DNA from: a virus
Taxonomy: Duplodnaviria; Caudoviricetes
IMG/VR virus record: IMGVR_UViG_3300032019_000007
Location: 1-28,347 of that record
Length of the DNA: 28,347 nucleotides
Direction: 5' to 3' (one strand)
How positions within the stretch are numbered: position 1 is the stretch's first letter; every line of letters starts with the position of its first letter. A program made the position numbers and the translations under genes. This document shows, in pieces, positions 17,516 through 26,979 of this stretch. Under the pieces are notes generated by a model. That model did no database searches, was not told the origin of the DNA, and saw only the letters and a program-made list of their open reading frames with translations.

Positions 17516-19404
17516 TAGTAATTCGAACCTGAAGTTGTTTGATAACTGGCACCTGCAGGTGATCCACCAGTAGCCATCGTATCAATAACACCAATTGGAG
17601 ATAGGTTAGCTAAATCAATCGATAAAATATCATTTCTTGTAGGTTTAATATCTGGACTATCTGGACGAACAAAAACATCTATAACTGTGGATCCTACAAT
17701 ACCAGCTACGTTAAAGTCTACTAATGATATCTCTCCGGTTCCAGGAACCAATTCTCCAACATTAACTCCTACAACTGAATCATCACTATTTACCACTTGA
17801 ATAATACATTTTCCTGAACCAGTATTGTAGTAATCTTTTAACCTACAACCGGTATGACTACCATATGTAAATATAGATGAGCTAATCTTAGATCCAGTAG
17901 AGATTTCTGCCAAAGGTTGATTGAAATCTATAACATGGTCTTCATTGGTCCCTATTGTAGGTGTAATAGCTTTAGACATGGTAACTAGAGTTACGTTAGA
18001 TATAATAGATACATCTGCATTGTCTACGACACTGGTTACGTTAGATGATCTGAATACACCTCCGAACAAGTCAAGGTTCTTATCATTATAATTTTCAATG
18101 TTAGCTTTAATCTTATCACCCAAGTCGTTGACGTTTAAGTTAGTGATGTTAGGATTGTATCTGAATGTAGTTGCTAATCTCACTTTAATAATATTTGGAT
18201 CTAAAATTTTAGGTGTGATAGAAATTACATTAAATTTATTTAGGGCAAGAATCAATTCGGTCTTTTCTAAGGCAGTAAGAGTATCAGCACCATTTGGCTT
18301 AACTGATATGTATACCGTACCATATTCAGGAACAGGTTGATCTTCACCACCCCAAACAGCAACAGTACGAGCATCAGCATATTGTCCAATAACAATCGCA
18401 CGATAATCTTCTGGAGTCACAGCTCTGTTTTGTGCTGTATACATTCTAGGAGCATTATATTTAATACTCTCATTATTTTCCCTAGCACTTCCACCAGTAG
18501 CTGCTTTAACATTTGATAATGCTGTAGATGAATTACCAGCGCCTGTATTATCTGTTAAGGAAGACGCTAATGTAAATCTGGATGCTCCATTAACATTTTT
18601 AGGTCCAGTTACAATGTAACGTAATCTAATTGTATCACCGGCTAGTGGTCTCTCTCCAATAATACCATCACCAAATTTTACTTCGAAGAATCCTTCTCTA
18701 CTTTCTTCTAAGAAGTATACACGAGAAGTATTTTTAATTTCTACAAGGTTGCTTGATAAGACATAGTCTGAATAAGCAGATGAAGAGCTATTAGTAGTAT
18801 CAACTTTTAATGTTGTGGTGTCTACGTTTGTATCATATAATAAGTATCTTTCACTTGTATTAGGACTGTATCGATACTCACGAACTGCTGAGGACCCTTG
18901 TATAAGTTCAAGATCAGTGAATGTCCATACATTATTAATCGGACTAACTTTCATTGGAGTGACTACCGTAAATGTTTCAGTAAATCCTTCCCTTACTACT
19001 TGAAATTGAGTACCATATGGGATTGTATAATCCATCGGAGTGTTGTTTCCATCTGAAGTTATATTCCATGATGGCGTGCCCGCACCATCAACCTTTCCGT
19101 TAATGGTTAGGGTTACGTGTGCTTTAGCAGAACGACGAGAACGCGGAGTGTAACCAAGTAATTTGGCGTGACTTACTACTGACTCTCTAAGTTGTGCTGT
19201 ATCTAAAAATGTTTCATTTAAGGCAAGGTTGGCGTTGACAGCATTAACATGAGTCATGTATGATAATACATCAATAATAGTATTGACTGCGGATCCTTCA
19301 TAATCATAATCAGCAATAGGTCCCTCTTGTTCTTTCATATATCTAATCAGATTCGTTTTAATCTGATCAAAATCCATTTCTGATTTATTAATTCTTCCCG
19401 CCAT
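17515..19404 (-). CDS. gp6: Baseplate wedge subunit gp6
   Basis: DFDQIK.NL, DYDYEGS, NETFLDTAQLRESVVSHAKLLGYTPRS, FGDGIIG, QNRAVT.EDY, WGGED. Confidence 0.95.
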   Translation of the reverse strand: MAGRINKSEMDFDQIKTNLIRYMKEQEGPIADYDYEGSAVNTIIDVLSYMTHVNAVNANLALNETFLDTAQLRESVVSHAKLLGYTPRSRRSAKAHVTLTINGKVDGAGTPSWNITSDGNNTPMDYTIPYGTQFQVVREGFTETFTVVTPMKVSPINNVWTFTDLELIQGSSAVREYRYSPNTSERYLLYDTNVDTTTLKVDTTNSSSSAYSDYVLSSNLVEIKNTSRVYFLEESREGFFEVKFGDGIIGERPLAGDTIRLRYIVTGPKNVNGASRFTLASSLTDNTGAGNSSTALSNVKAATGGSARENNESIKYNAPRMYTAQNRAVTPEDYRAIVIGQYADARTVAVWGGEDQPVPEYGTVYISVKPNGADTLTALEKTELILALNKFNVISITPKILDPNIIKVRLATTFRYNPNITNLNVNDLGDKIKANIENYNDKNLDLFGGVFRSSNVTSVVDNADVSIISNVTLVTMSKAITPTIGTNEDHVIDFNQPLAEISTGSKISSSIFTYGSHTGCRLKDYYNTGSGKCIIQVVNSDDSVVGVNVGELVPGTGEISLVDFNVAGIVGSTVIDVFVRPDSPDIKPTRNDILSIDLANLSPIGVIDTMATGGSPAGASYQTTSGSNY

Positions 19405-19811
19405 TATCGTAGCCTCTCTAAGTTTGTTTGTATATCAATCGACTCTAACGTAGATATTAATTGTACCGTTACAGTGATATTAATTGCATTTGTATCAGGA
19501 TTAGCCCTAATTTCAATATTTAGTATATTCACCCTCGGCTCATCATTCGTAATAGCATTTCTAATTGAAGCTGACATTGACTGTGCTGTGATCTGGTCTA
19601 TGTTTTCAAATAGGTATGCGGTAAGATTCGCTCCGAAGTAAGGTCGAAACGGTTTCTCCCCATGATTGGTTCTAAGAATATTTAATACGCTTTGTCGTAT
19701 TGCAGCTGACTCCCTTTTAATAGCAATATCGTTTTCGATATTAGGATTAGCTGAAAACATAAAGTCTATATCAGAATACTCGCTTGTTCTTGCTGTTGTT
19801 ATACTTGCCAT
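19404..19811 (-). CDS. gp25: Baseplate wedge subunit gp25
   Basis: YSDID, AIRQSV.NIL.T..GEKPF.P.FG, EPRV, ends LERLR. Confidence 0.92.
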   Translation of the reverse strand: MASITTARTSEYSDIDFMFSANPNIENDIAIKRESAAIRQSVLNILRTNHGEKPFRPYFGANLTAYLFENIDQITAQSMSASIRNAITNDEPRVNILNIEIRANPDTNAINITVTVQLISTLESIDIQTNLERLR

Positions 19812-19816
19812 AGTTC

Positions 19817-19824
19817 TATTTATA
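19817..19824 (-). promoter_or_regulatory. T4-type late promoter TATAAATA, 5 nt before the gp25 ATG
   Basis: TATAAATA-GAACT-ATG in the intergenic gap. Confidence 0.8.
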
Positions 19825-19828
19825 CCTT

Positions 19829-20926
19829 TTACCCAGACTTATTCATATGGATTGTTCCATTTGGTGTATCTATATTAATATCACTATCTGATGAAATATC
19901 AAGATTTCCTGTTGAGGCAATTGTTATTTTTTGATCGCCAGTAATTTTAATATCATTGATAGCTTTGATTATAATTCCTGGATTACTTGTTCCTTTAACT
20001 GGGAGCCAACTTCCGCCTGCTAGTAAACAAGCAGCTTCATTAGTAGCAGCAGCTCCGGAACAGTACATGGTTGGGTCTTCTTTAATTATTACTTGGTCAG
20101 AGGCAGTAAGTTCTACATTAGCTAGCGTTTGAAGTTTTATCTTAGCATCAGCTTTTAGTGCAAACATTCCATCCATTTTAATACTTGCGTGGGCACCAAC
20201 AATTCTAATATCTCCAGCAGAAGCAATATCTGTATCCCCGCCTGCTTGAATATTACAATTACCGTTTGTAATAATATTAACATTTCCTATAACTTCAAGG
20301 GTCTCTTCGCCGGCAACTAATGTGTAATTATTTCCTACCACTTTTGTAACTTTGGATCCATTAGGTCCTACTTCATAGTATGTTCCACTTGAGTGTCTTT
20401 CGTGAATTCTTGGAGCACCATCAGAATCATCATATTCTTTTATATGACCTTTCCTTGTTTCGAAAACATTGTTCTTAGGATACTCAGGCTTAACAATTCG
20501 GTTAGGTTCATACTTACCTTTTATTTCATTCCTATACACATTAGGGTATATTCCTCTGTACCTCATATTAACATCAGGGGTAGCTGGATTACGTGGCCAT
20601 TGTCTATCAGGGTCTTTAAATCCTTGCCCGTCAATTTTAGTATCAGCTAAAGCTGTTGTTGGTAGTGTTCCTATAATTAAAAACTGTTGAAGGGAATCAT
20701 CTAAAGCAGAAAGAATTACAGTCGATCCCTGCACAATAAAAGGACTTTGACCTAAACCTGAAATACTTGGACTAGTAGTAGGTGCCATTGTATAACACCA
20801 TGGTAATCGATTAACAGGATGTGTTTCAATATCAGCAGTGTGTACACCAATAATTCTCACAGCATACCTTCCTAAGGCATCTGGATCTTTTGCATCTTCA
20901 ACAACACCATAGTATAATTCTATCAT
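19829..20926 (-). CDS. gp5: Baseplate central spike gp5 (OB fold + beta-helix, no lysozyme domain)
   Basis: GVVED..DP..LGR..VRIIGVH, LPW, YPKNNVFET..GHIKEYDD...PRIHERH.SGTYYE, then beta-helix repeats. Confidence 0.9.
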   Translation of the reverse strand: MIELYYGVVEDAKDPDALGRYAVRIIGVHTADIETHPVNRLPWCYTMAPTTSPSISGLGQSPFIVQGSTVILSALDDSLQQFLIIGTLPTTALADTKIDGQGFKDPDRQWPRNPATPDVNMRYRGIYPNVYRNEIKGKYEPNRIVKPEYPKNNVFETRKGHIKEYDDSDGAPRIHERHSSGTYYEVGPNGSKVTKVVGNNYTLVAGEETLEVIGNVNIITNGNCNIQAGGDTDIASAGDIRIVGAHASIKMDGMFALKADAKIKLQTLANVELTASDQVIIKEDPTMYCSGAAATNEAACLLAGGSWLPVKGTSNPGIIIKAINDIKITGDQKITIASTGNLDISSDSDINIDTPNGTIHMNKSG

Positions 20927-22230
20927 AATAAATTCCCCTCTGCATCTCTACTTCCAAGATTTGATCCCATAATAGTATCTGGTGACACCATTCCATCTCT
21001 AATAATTGTTAAGTCTTGTTCATAGTCTCTATCTTTCATTCTATGAGTAATGGTAGCCACCACAAACCTACCCGTATATTTAGCACTAAGTCTTTCCTTG
21101 GTACCCGTAGTGTCTCCTGGAATACCTTCTGGGAGGTCCATAGTAACTGTATCACCAACTTTTAGCTTTGGCATTGCTCTACAAGAATACACATCAATTA
21201 CTACAGATTCCATTTTAGATCTGATTGCATTTGCTATTGCTATTTCTTTAGCATTCATTGCACTAATTAGTTGTTTGTCGTCTCCCGTTTGCAAACACAC
21301 AGTTGTTTTTTCTATTCCATGTACAACATCAAATTCAGCTTGTAATAAACCATGATATTTACTATCCCTAGACCCAACATCAATCACATCTTGAAGATAT
21401 TGATAAGTCTGTTCGTGGACAGGTACTGAAGCAGCCAAGTTTACGGTTTTAATTGAACATCCTAAAACACCTGCGGCCGCCCTATCTACTTCACCATCGT
21501 GGTCATGTCTAATCATAACTTTTGATGGAGCTCCGTGAAGATGTCTAATGCCTTCCAGGGTATCAGGCAATACAGGACTCACATTATAAAAAGGTAGAGA
21601 ACAAATCATGCGTTCCCATGATGATAATTTAGTAGGATGTTCTGCCCACAATCTTTCATATAAGAACATCGGACTACCTTCTATGGTATACGAATTGTCA
21701 ATGATTTTTCCGATAGCCTTTAACGGACTCCAATTAGGACATGTATACAAACCTTGTGTACCTGCCCAAGAGTCAACATACAACTTAGGATGCGCGCCTG
21801 GAGTTTTATCTAAAAGTTCGTCCCACAACAGACTAATAATTTGAGAGGCATCACCATCAAACGGTTTGGATACTCTGGATAGAGCATTGCCTAGTTCATA
21901 TGGGCTTCTCAAATTTAGACGATAAGTTTTGTGTGTTTGAATATTAGTAGTATCTAAGAATGAAATGCCATCGGCATAAAACTTCTTTACTAACGGTTGT
22001 CCTTGATATTGACACTCAATCACAACATAATCTCTAGCAGATCTAATATGATTATCAGCGAAACTTCTTCCATCTGTTATCTCAAGATGCCCATCTAAGA
22101 ATGGTTGGTATATACTTTCATTCAGTTGAACGGCTCCTACCAATGAAGTGATATCAGCTTTATTGTAGTGTACAGTGAAATGTTCGAATGCAGAGTGTCC
22201 TGCTTCTCCCATTGTATTTGGCGGTGGCAT
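20923..22230 (-). CDS. Baseplate hub protein (gp27/Mu gp44/P2 gpD-like)
   Basis: ESIYQPFLDG.L.ITD, PNWSP..AI, LKVGD.V, YTGRFVV..ITH; lies just before gp5. Confidence 0.65.
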   Translation of the reverse strand: MPPPNTMGEAGHSAFEHFTVHYNKADITSLVGAVQLNESIYQPFLDGHLEITDGRSFADNHIRSARDYVVIECQYQGQPLVKKFYADGISFLDTTNIQTHKTYRLNLRSPYELGNALSRVSKPFDGDASQIISLLWDELLDKTPGAHPKLYVDSWAGTQGLYTCPNWSPLKAIGKIIDNSYTIEGSPMFLYERLWAEHPTKLSSWERMICSLPFYNVSPVLPDTLEGIRHLHGAPSKVMIRHDHDGEVDRAAAGVLGCSIKTVNLAASVPVHEQTYQYLQDVIDVGSRDSKYHGLLQAEFDVVHGIEKTTVCLQTGDDKQLISAMNAKEIAIANAIRSKMESVVIDVYSCRAMPKLKVGDTVTMDLPEGIPGDTTGTKERLSAKYTGRFVVATITHRMKDRDYEQDLTIIRDGMVSPDTIMGSNLGSRDAEGNLL

Positions 22231-23048
22231 TAGCGTGAAATCTCCCTTTCAAACTCTTTAGCTACTTCATTAATTAAATCTGGTTTGATAACAGAGATAG
22301 TTCTGTTTCTATCATTAATCCACTCTTCGAATATCAAGTTAGAAATAGGATGAGTTCCTGTCTCTCTTTGTGGAACGATATCACCAGTAGTTGAATCTAC
22401 ATGGTGGTGAGGCGCATCATAATGATTTACAACTGAACTAAATTCGATATTCCAATTAGGTCCACTTATAGAAACTGCTGCATTAGTTAAAAATTCATTT
22501 TGCTTCCACACGTTGGTTCCTGGATTGAATTTATCGATAATACACAGACCTCGGTTTGTTGCGGTGGCATCATATACACCATTCCGTTCACATCTATATT
22601 GTGGTTCAAATACAACATAACCATCATTCAAATGAATAGATTTAACTATACCTTTACATTCGGGTCTTGTAGTTTCATATAAAACATCTCCCACTTGGAT
22701 ATTAGCATCTATAATTGCAGATGATGAAGCCCTTCCTGCATTACCTGGATATTTATTTTTAGAGTATTCAACTATTTGCTGTAGACTCTTTGGCCAGTCA
22801 TTCCATAAATTCTTTAAGTTGGGATTCATAAGAACGAATGTCCAATAGAAGTCTGGAGAGCCATAAAGTCTATGACTCAATTGTTCCATACGTTCTCCAT
22901 CTTGAACCTTTACTTTATTATAAAATGATACACTATTGCGTAGACGTTCAGACAAGGTAACATTAGAGCTTAAATTAACGACGTGTTCTAATATACCGTT
23001 TCCTTCAATGTCATATCCTAAACGACCAAATTTCTTAAAGTATGCCAT
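22230..23048 (-). CDS. gp53: Baseplate wedge subunit gp53
   Basis: YFKKF start, VQDGER.EQLS.RLYG...YW..VLMN (LysM-like), HHH, N...E...N...R.I.VIKP. Confidence 0.88.
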   Translation of the reverse strand: MAYFKKFGRLGYDIEGNGILEHVVNLSSNVTLSERLRNSVSFYNKVKVQDGERMEQLSHRLYGSPDFYWTFVLMNPNLKNLWNDWPKSLQQIVEYSKNKYPGNAGRASSSAIIDANIQVGDVLYETTRPECKGIVKSIHLNDGYVVFEPQYRCERNGVYDATATNRGLCIIDKFNPGTNVWKQNEFLTNAAVSISGPNWNIEFSSVVNHYDAPHHHVDSTTGDIVPQRETGTHPISNLIFEEWINDRNRTISVIKPDLINEVAKEFEREISR

Positions 23049-24235
23049 TAATAGCCTCCTGGTGTGTTATGATTGCCTTCAGATAACATACCTGTAAGGC
23101 CAGCGGTACCAGCATCTGTGCCTTCAATATCACCACGATATAGTGGCATAATTTCTTGAAGGACAAAAGAGAAATCAATCTCTACCGGAGCTCCATTTCG
23201 TCTAAAATAAGAAGCGGAGTTGGGGTTATAATTTACAGTAACACTTGAAATGAATGTTGGTGGAAGTTTAATCATATGAGAAACACCCATAAATGATGTT
23301 TTCACTTTATAAGGACTACCCATTGTTAAAGCACTTTTCTTCTTAGGTCTTGCTGCTGCCCTGAATGCTTGAATAATCATTCTTGCATGATTGGATTCAT
23401 TTTCATTATCAGGAAGGAATTTAAATCCAAAATTGAAAGTACGTAATGCTGTATTTTTAAAATGCATGTATTCATTAGGATTAAATACATTACCACTTAA
23501 CCTAATATGTTCATCACCAACTAGTTTAGCTGCACCTGCAGTAGCACCTATTCCAACACCTGCTAATTTAGAAAGTTTACCAGAGCCACCAAATATACTC
23601 AGACCAGCCATTGCTGTTAACCCTTCTGATAATGAATGAGATGATGCCATCTTCAAGTCTTCGCCTCCTAGTCCATCCCTTTCTTGAGTAGCTGCCATTG
23701 TTGCTCTTGTATTAGTCTCATAATTAATTTGGTCATTTACTTCAATTGATGGTGTCATGTATAATGCTATAGAACGTATTTTCTTTTCTTTAATCTTTCC
23801 TTGATTTTTTAATTGTGCTTCAGTGTTGTTTCCATATAAACCTGCTACATCCCCAATTCCAGCATTATCACTATAATTATTATTTACAAAACCTTCCTTA
23901 TAGTCTTGGGGGCCCCATCTCATTACTCCAGTCTCTCCCCATGGAGCAGAGTATGCTGGTTCTGATCCAGGTGCTGAAGGAGCATAATCTAAATAAGATT
24001 CATAAAGTTCAAATACGATATGGGGATCAACATTTATATTAGGCTTGTTAGAATTAAAAATAAAGTCTGCTCCAGATTCATTATCCGAAAGGCTTGAAGG
24101 ATACCTCAAATCCATTGTTTTTTTGTCGAGGTAATCTACCGTTGCCACACCATCACCAAATCCTTCCAAAGCAGAATCTGCTAATTGGGAAAGGATATCA
24201 TCGAATGCGTTACCTATGTTAGTGAAAATGGACAT
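23048..24235 (-). CDS. gp48: Baseplate tail tube cap gp48
   Basis: LRYP, IALYM.P, NPN...HF....LRTFNFGFKF.P.N..ES, V.VNY.PN, GAPV..D..F..QE; GGAG RBS. Confidence 0.85.
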   Translation of the reverse strand: MSIFTNIGNAFDDILSQLADSALEGFGDGVATVDYLDKKTMDLRYPSSLSDNESGADFIFNSNKPNINVDPHIVFELYESYLDYAPSAPGSEPAYSAPWGETGVMRWGPQDYKEGFVNNNYSDNAGIGDVAGLYGNNTEAQLKNQGKIKEKKIRSIALYMTPSIEVNDQINYETNTRATMAATQERDGLGGEDLKMASSHSLSEGLTAMAGLSIFGGSGKLSKLAGVGIGATAGAAKLVGDEHIRLSGNVFNPNEYMHFKNTALRTFNFGFKFLPDNENESNHARMIIQAFRAAARPKKKSALTMGSPYKVKTSFMGVSHMIKLPPTFISSVTVNYNPNSASYFRRNGAPVEIDFSFVLQEIMPLYRGDIEGTDAGTAGLTGMLSEGNHNTPGGY

Positions 24236-24267
24236 TATGTCTCCAAAGTAATTAAAGTCGTTATACT

Positions 24268-24282
24268 TATTTATACTAAATA
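24268..24282. promoter_or_regulatory. Back-to-back divergent late promoters (TATAAATA on -, ACTAAATA on +)
   Basis: TATTTA-TAC-TAAATA at the strand switch between gp48 and gp4. Confidence 0.8.
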
Positions 24283-24287
24283 TCAGT

Positions 24288-24767
24288 ATGAGAAAGACTT
24301 ACTCCGGAAAATGGAAACCCAAATACCCCCAAAAATACAAGGGAGACGTTAATAATATCCGATACCGCAGTTTGTGGGAACGAAATGCTTTTAGATGGGT
24401 AGAGAAACAATCGTTTGTTAAGTGGTGGAATTCAGAAGAGACTGTAATAGGCTATGTGTGCGATACTGATAAAAGGGTTCATCGTTACTTTGTAGACCTT
24501 ACAATTAGAACAATGGATGGAAAAACTATTTTAGTTGAAATAAAACCATTCAAAGAAACACAAGTTCCTAAGAAGAAAAATCTTAGAGAGGCTTTAACGT
24601 ACATGAAAAATACATCTAAGTGGAGATATGCTAAGAAGTATTGTGATGATAGACCTGGATATAAGTTCGAAATATGGACTGAAAAGACATTAGAGGGATT
24701 GGGTATTAGAACATTGTCTCCTATGAGAAAGAAGAAATCGATCAAACGACCAAGGAAAAAGGTATAA
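24288..24767 (+). CDS. gp4: Head completion protein gp4 (TnsA-like nuclease fold)
   Basis: YSGKWKPK.PQKYKGD...I.YRSLWER, W.SEE..I.Y, HRYFVD, VEIKP, N..KW..A..YC. Confidence 0.92.
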   Translation: MRKTYSGKWKPKYPQKYKGDVNNIRYRSLWERNAFRWVEKQSFVKWWNSEETVIGYVCDTDKRVHRYFVDLTIRTMDGKTILVEIKPFKETQVPKKKNLREALTYMKNTSKWRYAKKYCDDRPGYKFEIWTEKTLEGLGIRTLSPMRKKKSIKRPRKKV

Positions 24768-24770
24768 ATA
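24763..24770 (+). promoter_or_regulatory. T4-type late promoter TATAAATA, 5 nt before ATG 24776
   Basis: Exact consensus overlapping the gp4 stop codon. Confidence 0.75.
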
Positions 24771-24775
24771 TATGC

Positions 24776-24988
24776 ATGGATAAGAAAAAAGCAGAATCCC
24801 TGGCTACTACTATTGATCAATTTAGGATAGTTCCTAGACTATTAATGATAGCGTATGGTACAGTATTTTGGGTAACGACTCAGTGGTTTATGGGATTACC
24901 GGATCCGTCAGCACCTCAAGCAGCATTTGTTTCTACAGTTGTAGGAGCTGGAGCAGCTTGGTTTGGTTTATATGTTAGGGGGAAATAG
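24776..24988 (+). CDS. Small two-helix membrane protein, function unknown
   Basis: Hydrophobic segments LLMIAYGTVFWV and AAFVSTVVGAGAAWFGLY; own late promoter. Confidence 0.7.
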   Translation: MDKKKAESLATTIDQFRIVPRLLMIAYGTVFWVTTQWFMGLPDPSAPQAAFVSTVVGAGAAWFGLYVRGK

Positions 24989-25572
24989 TGGCTGATTCAT
25001 TATTCGATAAATTAGAAGCAGAAGCCTTTAGACGAGGGTTAACAAAAAGAAGTGACGAAGCTCAAAAGTGGTTTATGCAAAGAGCTAAGACCATGAAGTT
25101 GAATATGCAAACTGTTATTAAAGATGATAGACTTGTTAAGAAAAGCCGACCTAGAGTTGGTGATATGTTTATGTATCACTATGATCCAAAACATAGGGAA
25201 ACGCTTCCGTACTATGATACATTTCCTTTGACGATTATGGTTGATAAAGCACCTGGTGGATTTTATGGATTAAACTTGCACTATCTACCATTAAAACATA
25301 GAGCGATATTCCTTGATAAGTTATCAGAGATTGCTAACAATAAGAAGTATGATGAGACTACGCGCCTAAAATTAAGCTATAACTTATTAAAATCAGCAGG
25401 TAAGTATAAATATTTTAAGCCATGTTTCAAACATTATTTAACGAAACATATAGATTCAAAGATTATGAAGGTCGAAGCGTCGGAATGGGATATAGCTATC
25501 TTTCTACCAACTGAGCGTTTCCAAAAAGCTAAGAAAAATAAAGTTTGGAAAGATAGTAGAGGAAAATACTAA
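24988..25572 (+). CDS. gp2: DNA end protector protein gp2
   Basis: YDPKH.ETLPYYD.FPL, GFYGLNLHYLP, PCFKHYL..H, W.IAIFLPTERF; GTG start. Confidence 0.93.
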   Translation: MADSLFDKLEAEAFRRGLTKRSDEAQKWFMQRAKTMKLNMQTVIKDDRLVKKSRPRVGDMFMYHYDPKHRETLPYYDTFPLTIMVDKAPGGFYGLNLHYLPLKHRAIFLDKLSEIANNKKYDETTRLKLSYNLLKSAGKYKYFKPCFKHYLTKHIDSKIMKVEASEWDIAIFLPTERFQKAKKNKVWKDSRGKY

Positions 25573-26252
25573 TGTCATTACCAGTAAGCGTAGACTCACT
25601 AAAATCAGCAATCGGGAACCGTGGTGGTTTAGCACGAGGGAACAGGTTTGCCATTTACATGTCACGCCCTAATGGCCCTGGTTTACTTAACACCGATCCA
25701 CTATCAATATTAACTAACCTACTTAATGATGGTTTCAATCTTCACTCATTAGTAAACGATCCAAGAGATATCTTCTTATTATGTGAAAGTGTGCAAATTC
25801 CTGGTAAGAGAATTGTTACTATGGATCAATTCCATACTCACTTTTCTGTTAAGAGACCATACACAAAAATGACAGATGAAGTTACTTGTACGTTCCTTCT
25901 AACAAATGATTATTACATCAGGAAGTATTTTGATAATTGGCAAGAACAAATTGTAGATAGTCAGAATAGTCCTAAGATTGGATACCTTAGTGATTATGCT
26001 ACAGATGTAATTATTCAACAGATTTCGAGTAAACAAGAAGTGATTCCTGGATACCAAATAAAATTAATTAATGCATTTCCATTAGCAGTTGGTGCTATTG
26101 AATTATCGAATGCGCAAGAGAACTCTGTGCTTCAGGTTATGATAACCTTTGCATATGATACATGGGAGTCGACTGGTATTATAGACAGCGCGGCTGATTT
26201 GATTGGAGTTGGGTCAAACCTTGTAGGAAATACAATAGACCAAATATTATAA
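25572..26252 (+). CDS. gp54: Baseplate tail tube initiator gp54 (gp19-like fold)
   Basis: GGLARGNRF, LCESVQIPGK, YFDNW, L.NAFP..V..IELS, V.F.Y..W. Confidence 0.75.
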   Translation: MSLPVSVDSLKSAIGNRGGLARGNRFAIYMSRPNGPGLLNTDPLSILTNLLNDGFNLHSLVNDPRDIFLLCESVQIPGKRIVTMDQFHTHFSVKRPYTKMTDEVTCTFLLTNDYYIRKYFDNWQEQIVDSQNSPKIGYLSDYATDVIIQQISSKQEVIPGYQIKLINAFPLAVGAIELSNAQENSVLQVMITFAYDTWESTGIIDSAADLIGVGSNLVGNTIDQIL

Positions 26253-26265
26253 AAGGAAATACATA

Positions 26266-26979
26266 ATGGCATTACCAAAAATTGCGGCACCGTCGTATGA
26301 AATGAAGATACCGTCTTTAGGAAAGAAAGTAAAGTATAGACCGTATTTAATTAAAGAAGAGAAGATTTTGATGATTGCATTGGAATCTAAATCCGAGAAA
26401 CAAATTGAAAGAAGTGTCTTGGATATTATTGGAAATTGTGTTGAAGGAGATATTGATACATCATTATTAACATCGTTTGATATTGAGTATTTGTTCCTGA
26501 AACTAAGAGCTAAGTCAGTTGGTGAAGGTGTTAAATTAAGTTTAACATGTTCATCAGAAGAATGTGAAGAGAAGACTAATATTACTGTAGACCTTGATTC
26601 GGTTACTATGAAGAATTCAAGCAATATAGGAAAACTTCTTAGAGTCGATCTTGGTGATAAGCTAATAGTAGATTTACATTATCCTAGAATATCTGAAAAG
26701 ATTACTAAGAAAGATCAAAAGTCAGATGCTGATAGTTTGATTGCAACAGTAGCATTAAGTTTAGATATGATATATTATAAAGAAGATAGTTTCACGACAA
26801 AGGATGTTTCCTTAGAAGAAACTAAAGCGTTTATTGAAAATTTAAGTTCAGGGCAATTTCAAAAAATAATTGAAGTTTTAGGAGAGGGCCCATATGTTAG
26901 TTATGATATCAAGTTTGATTGTAAGTGTGGACATACAAACGAGCATGAGTTAAAGGGGTTATCAGATTTTTTTATATAG
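26266..26979 (+). CDS. gp26: Baseplate hub assembly protein gp26
   Basis: MALPK...P.Y...IPS..K.VKYRP.L.KEEKIL..A.ES, FDIEYLFLKLRAKSVGE, Cys pairs, ends GL.DFF; AAGGA RBS. Confidence 0.92.
   Translation: MALPKIAAPSYEMKIPSLGKKVKYRPYLIKEEKILMIALESKSEKQIERSVLDIIGNCVEGDIDTSLLTSFDIEYLFLKLRAKSVGEGVKLSLTCSSEECEEKTNITVDLDSVTMKNSSNIGKLLRVDLGDKLIVDLHYPRISEKITKKDQKSDADSLIATVALSLDMIYYKEDSFTTKDVSLEETKAFIENLSSGQFQKIIEVLGEGPYVSYDIKFDCKCGHTNEHELKGLSDFFI

Noticed and set aside
7066-24042. Short plus-strand and alternate-frame ORFs within baseplate and fibre genes
   Set aside because: Fully overlap well-supported genes; no independent signals
24288-24767. gp4 as a transposase or homing endonuclease
   Set aside because: The TnsA-like fold is the normal T4 head completion protein next to gp2; no element ends seen
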